Positions 28,725 to 35,242 of a DNA stretch of 35,242 nucleotides are shown piece after piece (position 1 is the stretch's first letter; the number at the start of each line of letters is the position of its first letter). The notes beneath the pieces were generated by a model. It was given only the letters and a program-made list of their open reading frames with translations, was not told the DNA's origin and did not search any database. The DNA is taken from the NCBI GenBank assembly GCA_963617725.1, contig CAVEQA010000003.1, forward strand, positions 1 to 35,242, given 5' to 3'. The position numbers were made by a program, and so were the translations under genes. The DNA comes from Paludibacteraceae bacterium. GTDB lineage: Bacteria > Bacillota_I > Bacilli_A > RFN20 > CAG-288.

Positions 28725-28997
28725 ATGGTAAAAATTAGATTAAAGAGAATTGGTAGAAATGCCTATCCAACCTATCGTATTGTAGTCAGCGATTCAAGAA
28801 GAACTCCAAGAGCTGAAGCTATTGCTGATCTTGGACATTTCAATCCACACACTGAAGAATTCGTTATCAATGAAGAAGAAGCTATGAAATGGCTTAGAAA
28901 TGGTGCTGAACCATCTGATTCTGTCCGTTCTTTATTCAAGAAAAAAGGATTAAATCAGAGACTTGCTGAAGAGAAATCTAAGAAGGAAGTAAAATAA
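28725..28997 (+). CDS. rpsP: 30S ribosomal protein S16
   Basis: MVKIRLKRIGRNAYPTYRIVV... with GGAGG SD. Confidence 0.95.
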   Translation: MVKIRLKRIGRNAYPTYRIVVSDSRRTPRAEAIADLGHFNPHTEEFVINEEEAMKWLRNGAEPSDSVRSLFKKKGLNQRLAEEKSKKEVK

Positions 28998-29281
28998 TGG
29001 AATTCAATACTGACATCGACCTCACTGAGGATATTCGTAGCCTTGTTGAGCCTCTCGTCAGCAATCCGGAGGTCATTGAAATCGAAAGAATTGACAAGCC
29101 GGAAGACCGCACCAAAAAAGAACAAAACTACCTAATCCTTTGTGCTAAAGCAGATTTAGGAAAATTAATTGGACGCCATGGAGTAATTTCAGATTCAATT
29201 CGTACAATTCTTAATGTTTCTACTAAGAATGTTAGAAAGAAAGTACATCTTCGCTTCCAATCTATCGAAGAAAATAACTGA
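28997..29281 (+). CDS. khpA: KH-domain RNA-binding protein (YlqC/KhpA family)
   Basis: 94-aa ORF in the conserved position after rpsP, with GxxG motif LIGRHGVI. ATG overlaps the rpsP stop (TAATG). Confidence 0.8.
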   Translation: MEFNTDIDLTEDIRSLVEPLVSNPEVIEIERIDKPEDRTKKEQNYLILCAKADLGKLIGRHGVISDSIRTILNVSTKNVRKKVHLRFQSIEENN

Positions 29282-29289
29282 TTATTTTT

Positions 29290-29320
29290 AAGAGGGAGCA
29301 AATCAACTCCCTCTTATTTT
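29290..29320 (+). terminator. intra-operon hairpin/attenuator between khpA and rimM
   Basis: AAGAGGGAG-CAAATCAA-CTCCCTCTT 9-bp stem followed by ATTTTATTT. Confidence 0.55.
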
Positions 29321-29336
29321 ATTTAAAGGAGCAATT

Positions 29337-29843
29337 ATGCCAATTAAAAAAATAGGACGAATTGTAAATACTTATGGTTTAAAAGGGATGGTCAAAATTT
29401 CTTTATCAACTACAGAACCTGAAAAAAGATATGCTGTTGGTAAAAAAATATTGATTGACAATCAGATGAACGAACAAGAGCAATATGAAATAACTGATGT
29501 CATTTTCAAAAATTCCCGCATTGTTTATGTCGGATTGAAAGGATTTGATGATATAAATCAAATTGAATGGATGATTGGTAGAGATGTATTCAGCAATGTT
29601 AGAGCTGCTAAAGGAACATTCTTCTACGATGATTTAGTAGGAATGAAAGTTTATTCAAATAGTGATGAATGCATTGGTGAGGTCACCAATGTGAATAAAA
29701 TGCCAGCTGGTCCATACCTATTAATAAATTCAAAAGCATTGATTCCATTTAATATACCTATATTTATTGAATCAGTAAATAAAGAAGAAAAAATCATAAA
29801 ATTAACTGAACTTGGAACCCAAGCATTTGAAACAAATAAATGA
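29337..29843 (+). CDS. rimM: 16S rRNA processing protein RimM
   Basis: 168-aa ORF. IGRIVNTYGLKGMVKI N-terminus is typical of RimM. Conserved position. Confidence 0.9.
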   Translation: MPIKKIGRIVNTYGLKGMVKISLSTTEPEKRYAVGKKILIDNQMNEQEQYEITDVIFKNSRIVYVGLKGFDDINQIEWMIGRDVFSNVRAAKGTFFYDDLVGMKVYSNSDECIGEVTNVNKMPAGPYLLINSKALIPFNIPIFIESVNKEEKIIKLTELGTQAFETNK

Positions 29844-30631
29844 AAATAAAAATAATGACAATCTTTCCTTCGTTCTATAATGAATTTTTAAAATCTTCAA
29901 TTATAGGGCGGGCGATTTCAAAGGAAATAGTTCAAATTGAAATAGTCGATATTAGAAAATATTCTTTAGACAAAAACCATCGTGTCGATGACCATCCGAT
30001 AGGTGGTGGTGCAGGTTTAATAATGAGATTAGAACCATTAGTCGACTGTTTAAAAGCAAATACTACAGAAAAAACATATAAAATTTTAATGGGTCCTAAA
30101 GGACACACTTACTGTCAAAATGATAGCAAACGATTTTCAAAGATGGATGAAATATGTTTGATTTGTGGTCACTATGAAGGAATAGATAGCAGATTCAACG
30201 ATTATGTCGACGAAGAAATCAGCATCGGTGATTTTATTTTAACAGGTGGTGAAATTCCAGCTATGGCTATAACAGATAGCATCGTTAGACTTTTAAAAGG
30301 AGCTATAGCTGATGATTCTACAAAAGAAGAAAGTTTCAATGGATCAATTTTAGAATATCCTCAATACACATATCCATACGAATACGAAGGAAAAAAAGTC
30401 CCAGAAATTCTTTATTGTGGAAATCATAAAATAATTGATTCTTATAGAAGAAGAGCAGCCATTAAACAAACTGTTGAAAAAAGACCAGATTTGATCAAAA
30501 ATATGTCATACACAAAAGAAGATTATGAATATTTAAAACAAATAGAAAATAATGATTTTGAATTGACAGAAAAAGAAAAACAGGCGATTGAAAAAGGAAA
30601 GAAATATCTAAAATCTTTTTCAGATAAATAA
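29840..30631 (+). CDS. trmD: tRNA (guanine37-N1)-methyltransferase
   Basis: GHYEGIDSRF and DFILTGGEIPAM motifs. 4-nt overlap with rimM. About 45-aa charged C-terminal extension. Confidence 0.93.
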   Translation: MKIKIMTIFPSFYNEFLKSSIIGRAISKEIVQIEIVDIRKYSLDKNHRVDDHPIGGGAGLIMRLEPLVDCLKANTTEKTYKILMGPKGHTYCQNDSKRFSKMDEICLICGHYEGIDSRFNDYVDEEISIGDFILTGGEIPAMAITDSIVRLLKGAIADDSTKEESFNGSILEYPQYTYPYEYEGKKVPEILYCGNHKIIDSYRRRAAIKQTVEKRPDLIKNMSYTKEDYEYLKQIENNDFELTEKEKQAIEKGKKYLKSFSDK

Positions 30632-30644
30632 CTCGAACAATCTA

Positions 30645-30692
30645 AAAAACTACAAATCGAAGAAAAATTTAATTCAACGATTTGTAGTTTTT
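30645..30692. terminator. bidirectional terminator between trmD and ffh
   Basis: AAAAACTACAAATCG ... CGATTTGTAGTTTTT 15-bp stem with A/T flanks. Confidence 0.8.
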
Positions 30693-30695
30693 ATT

Positions 30696-32057
30696 TTATT
30701 TTTTATTTTTCATCATCTGAGCTTGCATCATCATAGTTCTCATCATATTAGGATTATTCTTCATATTTTTCATTTGATTTCTCATCTGATTGAATGAATC
30801 AATGATTTTGCTAACCTCATTAGCATTACAACCGGAACCTTTAGCAATACGCAATTTGCGACTTGATTTTATCATATCTGGATTACGTCTCTCTTTCAAA
30901 GTCATAGAATTGATGATTGTTTCCATTTTTTTCAATGCCTTTTGAGCTTGATCAGCTTGGTCATCAGAAATCTTTGGTGCTCCAGGAACAAGTCTTAAAA
31001 GACCTTTCAAAGATCCCAATTTATTAATTTGCTTCATCATAGAAAGCATATCATTCATATCAAATTGACCTTGTTGAATTCTACGGCTTGTTTTTTCAGC
31101 TTGTTTTTCATCTATTTTTTCTTGAATTGATTCTACAAGTGAAACGATATCTCCCATTCCAAGGATACGATTGGCCATACGATCAGGGTAGAAATTTTCC
31201 AAGTCAGTAATTTTTTCACCAACACCAACATATTTTATCGGTATGCCTGTTAATTTTTTGATTGATAAAGCAGAACCACCTCTACTATCACCATCAAATT
31301 TAGTCATGATGAGACCCGTAACTTTAATTTCTTTGTTGAATGTTAAAGCAACATTGGTAGCATTTTGACCAATCATACTATCAACTGTCAATAAAACTTC
31401 ATCGACATTGACAACTTTTTGAATATCTTTTAATTCTTGCATCAATTTCTCATCGATTTCAAGACGACCAGCAGTATCTAATATCAAAATATCAAAATGT
31501 TCATCTTTTGCTTTATTATAAGCAGCAAGAGCAATATCTTGAGGAAGAGTTCCAGTTCTATCTGAATAAGTTTCAATTTTTGGTTCACATTTAAGACCGA
31601 GGTTTTCAAGTTGATCAATTGCAGCTGGACGATAAATATCCAACGCACCTAAAAGAACTTTCTTTTTATTTTTATTAGTAAAAAGATTTGCTAACTTAGC
31701 AGCAGAAGTAGTTTTACCAGTACCTTGTAAACCAACCATCATGATGACAGTAGGTCTACCATCCATACGATATGAAATATCATTATCCCCACTGCCTAAT
31801 AACTTTGTCATCTTATCATGAACGATTTTGACAACCATGTCACCAGGTGAGACTTTTGAAAGAACTTTTTGTCCTATCGCTTCATTTTTGACATCTTGAA
31901 TAAAACTTGTGACAACTTCATAATTTACATCTGCTTCAAGAAGTGCAGTTCTCACTTCTTGTAGCATTTCATCCATATTCTTCTCAGTCAATGTCGATTG
32001 ACCGCGTATTTTTTTAACTAGAGATCCTAAACGATCACTTAAAGCTTCAAATGCCAT
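30696..32057 (-). CDS. ffh: signal recognition particle protein Ffh
   Basis: GLQGTGKTT P-loop, DTAGRLEID, and Met-rich M-domain tail (MRTMMMQAQMMKNKK). Confidence 0.97.
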   Translation of the reverse strand: MAFEALSDRLGSLVKKIRGQSTLTEKNMDEMLQEVRTALLEADVNYEVVTSFIQDVKNEAIGQKVLSKVSPGDMVVKIVHDKMTKLLGSGDNDISYRMDGRPTVIMMVGLQGTGKTTSAAKLANLFTNKNKKKVLLGALDIYRPAAIDQLENLGLKCEPKIETYSDRTGTLPQDIALAAYNKAKDEHFDILILDTAGRLEIDEKLMQELKDIQKVVNVDEVLLTVDSMIGQNATNVALTFNKEIKVTGLIMTKFDGDSRGGSALSIKKLTGIPIKYVGVGEKITDLENFYPDRMANRILGMGDIVSLVESIQEKIDEKQAEKTSRRIQQGQFDMNDMLSMMKQINKLGSLKGLLRLVPGAPKISDDQADQAQKALKKMETIINSMTLKERRNPDMIKSSRKLRIAKGSGCNANEVSKIIDSFNQMRNQMKNMKNNPNMMRTMMMQAQMMKNKK

Positions 32058-32394
32058 TTTCTAATTCACCTTTCCATTCTTTTAAGAGAGAATCTTTTTT
32101 TTCGATATCTTTTTCATTTAAAATTATATCAATCTTTCTTAAAATCTTATATTTTTTCTCAGCAACTTTCAATTTAGTTTCATATTCATCTAACCTGTTT
32201 TCACCTGTTTTAATAGATTCAAATATAGCCGCTCTTGAAACATTCTCATTCTGAGAAATCTCAGTTATAGAATAATCGTCTAAATAAAACATCATCATTC
32301 TTTCTTTGATAACTACAGGTAGCATCTCTCCATAGATAGAAAGCAAAGAGCTGAAATGTTCTTTTCTTTCCAAAACAGTTGTATTCTCGTTCAT
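32047..32394 (-). CDS. ylxM: YlxM-family putative helix-turn-helix protein (SRP operon)
   Basis: 115-aa ORF immediately upstream of and overlapping ffh. LDDYSITEISQNENVSRAAI is an HTH typical of YlxM/UPF0122. Confidence 0.85.
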   Translation of the reverse strand: MNENTTVLERKEHFSSLLSIYGEMLPVVIKERMMMFYLDDYSITEISQNENVSRAAIFESIKTGENRLDEYETKLKVAEKKYKILRKIDIILNEKDIEKKDSLLKEWKGELENGI

Positions 32395-32397
32395 AAT

Positions 32398-32646
32398 TTA
32401 CAAAATGAAAAAGATAGCATCAAGAATCATAAATATGATTGCTAAAGAGAAAAAATAGATATAAAAATTTTTTTGCTTATAAAATTGAGATTTATTTTCT
32501 TGAATTGATAGAATTGCAAAAACGAAAGATAAAATAATAGAAGTCAATATGGTAGCTAGAAAATAATCAGGTACCAATAAATGGACTAAAAAAGAAACAA
32601 CTTCGTTAATGATTAAACAAATGAACAATGAAATTATTATATTCAT
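32398..32646 (-). CDS. small hypothetical membrane protein (about 3 TM segments)
   Basis: 82-aa hydrophobic ORF. ATG overlaps the ftsY stop (ATGA), and it ends 3 nt before ylxM. Confidence 0.55.
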   Translation of the reverse strand: MNIIISLFICLIINEVVSFLVHLLVPDYFLATILTSIILSFVFAILSIQENKSQFYKQKNFYIYFFSLAIIFMILDAIFFIL

Positions 32647-33707
32647 TCATTTTCCTCCTTTTCATCACCTAAAAGAAGTCCGTATAAATATTTATCCAAA
32701 TCAAATTCTTCTAAATCATCCATTTTTTCGCCAAGTCCAATAAATTTTACAGGTAAAGCTAATTGATCTCTAATTGAAAGAATGATACCACCTTTAGAAG
32801 TTCCATCCATCTTTGTGATGACAATACCAGTCAAAGAAGCAGCTTCTTTAAATACCAAAGCTTGATCAATTCCATTTTGTCCAGTATTAGCATCTAAAAC
32901 AAGAAGAGCTTCATGTGGTGCTTCTGGAATCACTTTCTTAATCACTCGAATCATTTTACTCAACTCATCCATCAAACCCTTTTTGTTTTGAAGTCTACCA
33001 GCAGTATCTACTAAAACTAACGAATAATTTTCAGCAATTGCCTTTTTCATCGCATCATAACATAAAGAAGCAGGGTCTGCATTTGCTTTAGATAAAATAT
33101 CAACGCCAACTTTATCGGCCCAATAAGTCAATTGTTCAATTGCACCAGCTCTAAAAGTATCTCCAGCAACTAAAAGAACTTTGTGACCTTTTTGTTTATA
33201 CTTATTAGCTAATTTAGCAATTGTAGTAGTCTTTCCAGTGCCATTTACGCCACAAAGAAACACGATGGTAGGACCATTTGCAGCAAAATTGAGATCGGTG
33301 GAAAAACCAGTCCCTTTGTTTGCATAACCGACAAACATCTTATCAATCAATAATTCATTGAGTTGATTTGGATCTGTTATTTTTTGAGCACTGGCCTCCA
33401 TAGCAGTTTGTTTAATAAGTTCAATGGAAAGCTTTACGCCTACATCTGCTTCAATGAGAATTTTTTCAAGATTATCAAAATATTCTTGATTTACAATCTT
33501 ATTAGTTTTGGCGAGCTTTTTTAATTTATCAGTAAATCCGATTCTTGATTTATCTAAGCCAGCAACATATTTATCTTCAATTATTTTTTCATCATTTACA
33601 TTCTTTTCTTGTTTAGAATCAAGATTTTGTTCTTTCTGTTCTTTTTCTTCTTTATTATCTTCTTTTCTATGAGAAAATTTTTCTTTTAAAAAATTAAGCA
33701 AACCCAT
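32643..33707 (-). CDS. ftsY: signal recognition particle receptor FtsY
   Basis: GVNGTGKTTT, DTAGRLQNK and TKMDGTSKGG motifs. Acidic/lysine-rich N-terminal domain. Confidence 0.96.
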   Translation of the reverse strand: MGLLNFLKEKFSHRKEDNKEEKEQKEQNLDSKQEKNVNDEKIIEDKYVAGLDKSRIGFTDKLKKLAKTNKIVNQEYFDNLEKILIEADVGVKLSIELIKQTAMEASAQKITDPNQLNELLIDKMFVGYANKGTGFSTDLNFAANGPTIVFLCGVNGTGKTTTIAKLANKYKQKGHKVLLVAGDTFRAGAIEQLTYWADKVGVDILSKANADPASLCYDAMKKAIAENYSLVLVDTAGRLQNKKGLMDELSKMIRVIKKVIPEAPHEALLVLDANTGQNGIDQALVFKEAASLTGIVITKMDGTSKGGIILSIRDQLALPVKFIGLGEKMDDLEEFDLDKYLYGLLLGDEKEENE

Positions 33708-33708
33708 A

Positions 33709-34389
33709 TTAATTACCTACTTTCTTTGAAAGAGCATCTAAAGCAGCATTTGTTTGAGCTTCTTTGAGATTATGCCCTTTTCCAATTCCTAAAACCGTAC
33801 CACCATATCTAGCTTCAACAACATATGAAACATCATCAGTATTTAAATTACTTTCACTGATTTTCACATAATCAATGGAATCTTTAACTAATGTTTGCAA
33901 CCTTCCTTTAGCATCCATACTGCTTATTGACTCATAAGCTTCTTTTAAAAATGGAGTAAATATATCTTTAACTATTTTTCTAACTTTTTTATAGCCTTGA
34001 TCTATATAAATAGCACCAATAAAAGCTTCAAAAACATCTTCATCAATATGTTTATGAAATCTAGTATTATCTTTTTCACCTTTGGAATAACGAACCAATT
34101 CACTCAATCCAAATACTTCTTCTGATAATTTTGTCAAAGTAGTTCCTGAGACTAAAAAAGACCTCATCTTACTCAACAATCCTGAATTGCATTGTGGATA
34201 TTCACAATATACTAAATCAGCAACAATCATATCTAATATAGAATCACCCAAAAATTCCAATCTATCATAATCTTTAGAATTTGGATGTTCATTATGATAG
34301 CTAGCATGAGTAAATGCTTCAAAATAGATATTTATATCATTTGCTTTAATATCAAATTTAGATAGCAGATTTTCAATTTTCTCGACCAT
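33709..34389 (-). CDS. rnc: ribonuclease III
   Basis: DRLEFLGDSILD signature and a C-terminal dsRBD. ATG at 34389 (MVEKIENLL...) has a GAGGA SD 8 nt upstream. The track ORF start at 34425 is an extension. Confidence 0.92.
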   Translation of the reverse strand: MVEKIENLLSKFDIKANDINIYFEAFTHASYHNEHPNSKDYDRLEFLGDSILDMIVADLVYCEYPQCNSGLLSKMRSFLVSGTTLTKLSEEVFGLSELVRYSKGEKDNTRFHKHIDEDVFEAFIGAIYIDQGYKKVRKIVKDIFTPFLKEAYESISSMDAKGRLQTLVKDSIDYVKISESNLNTDDVSYVVEARYGGTVLGIGKGHNLKEAQTNAALDALSKKVGN

Positions 34390-35242
34390 TAGAATCATCC
34401 TCGAAATCTTTTCTAATCTTTTCAATAATATTAGATTTAACCATCTTATATGCTACATCAATTCCATAATAAAACGCATATGCATTGCTATTACCATGAG
34501 CCTTAACTACTACGCCATTAACTCCCATAAAAATAGCACCTCCATATTTTCTATAATCCATAGTCGCTTTCATATTTTTAAAGCCTTTTCTTGAAAATAG
34601 ATAACCTATTTTAGTAATCAAATTTGTTTTAAATGCATCTTTAATCATTTGATTCATCATACTAGCTGTTCCTTCAACAGCTTTCAAAAGAATATTGCCA
34701 TTAAAACCTGGAGTTATAATTATATCATGTTCTCCATCAAGAATATTTCTGGCTTCAGCATTGCCTTTAAAATTAGGAAATTTTCTTTCCTCTAACATTT
34801 TGTAGGCTTCAACTATTTCTTGAGTTCCTTTGCCTTCTTCAGTACCATTTGACAATAAATATGCTGATGGATTTTCAATTCCGAGGATTTCTTTGCTATA
34901 TAATCTACCCATTTTTGCAAACCCATACAAATCTTCAGATGTATTTGTGTTATTTGCTCCAATATCTAAAATGACTGTAGCTTTTCCAAATTTGGCTGTA
35001 GGAAATGGAGATATAATACCACCACGAGAAATTCCATCAATATTTTTTAAAAGTAAAGAAGCACCCGTGACAAGACCACCTGTTGATCCAGCACTTAAAA
35101 CAGCATCTGCTTTTCCATCTTTTACCAAGGATATAGCAATATATTGACTCGAAGTTTTTGCCCTCAAAAAATCCAAAGGTTTAATTTCCATTGGAATAAC
35201 TTTGTCAGCATTAATAATCTCAAATTTTGTTTTATCTTGACA
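34373..35242 (-). CDS. plsX: phosphate acyltransferase PlsX (5' end outside the window)
   Basis: LSAGSTGG and GVVVKAHGNS motifs. The reading frame stays open upstream of the track ATG to the window edge (CQDKTKFEIINADKVIP-MEIKP...). TGA stop at 34373-34375. Confidence 0.9.
   Translation of the reverse strand, partial: CQDKTKFEIINADKVIPMEIKPLDFLRAKTSSQYIAISLVKDGKADAVLSAGSTGGLVTGASLLLKNIDGISRGGIISPFPTAKFGKATVILDIGANNTNTSEDLYGFAKMGRLYSKEILGIENPSAYLLSNGTEEGKGTQEIVEAYKMLEERKFPNFKGNAEARNILDGEHDIIITPGFNGNILLKAVEGTASMMNQMIKDAFKTNLITKIGYLFSRKGFKNMKATMDYRKYGGAIFMGVNGVVVKAHGNSNAYAFYYGIDVAYKMVKSNIIEKIRKDFEDDSNGREN

Noticed and set aside
28339-28731. 130-aa alternative-frame ORF overlapping the 3' end of rplS and the rpsP promoter.
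   Set aside because: It is a frame-shifted reading of the Lys/Ala repeat and intergenic DNA. It runs across a terminator and a promoter.
1-35242. Possibility of genetic code 4 (TGA=Trp), as in Mycoplasma.
   Set aside because: TGA terminates the aldo/keto reductase (1174-1176) and plsX (34373-34375) at the expected protein ends. All large conserved genes are uninterrupted under the standard code.
1-35242. Search for CRISPR arrays, IS elements/transposases, integrases, prophage genes and toxin-antitoxin pairs.
   Set aside because: I saw no regularly spaced direct repeats, no transposase- or integrase-like translations in the ORF track, and no long inverted terminal repeats.

Overview
This is an AT-rich, tightly packed chromosome segment from a low-GC Gram-positive-type bacterium (PolC replicase; Bacillota or Mycoplasmatota-like). 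It uses the standard genetic code: TGA ends at least two genes, and PolC, RpoB and RpoC read through uninterrupted. The content is almost all core housekeeping. Left to right: a membrane-anchored hypothetical protein, an aldo/keto reductase, an M18 aminopeptidase and two divergent membrane proteins. Next come a SAM-I riboswitch with metK, then glyA, a CPBP protease, polC (-) and a GPH/MFS transporter (-). A 772-nt ORF-poor spacer follows, carrying a decayed hsdS-like relic and tandem terminators. Then come tRNA-Gly(CCC) (-), rpoC-rpoB-rplL-rplJ-rplA-rplK (-), a DUF975/CmpB fusion membrane protein, rplS-rpsP-khpA-rimM-trmD (+), ffh-ylxM-small TM protein-ftsY-rnc (-) and plsX (-, truncated at the window edge). 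I found no CRISPR array, IS element, prophage or recognisable multi-gene defence or novel system. The locus least explained by core-gene annotation is the spacer at 15068-15839 with the adjacent atypical tRNA-Gly. The other findings are regulatory leaders, synteny rearrangements and lineage-specific protein extensions of modest interest. All calls come from reading the sequence and the ORF translations; no database search was run.
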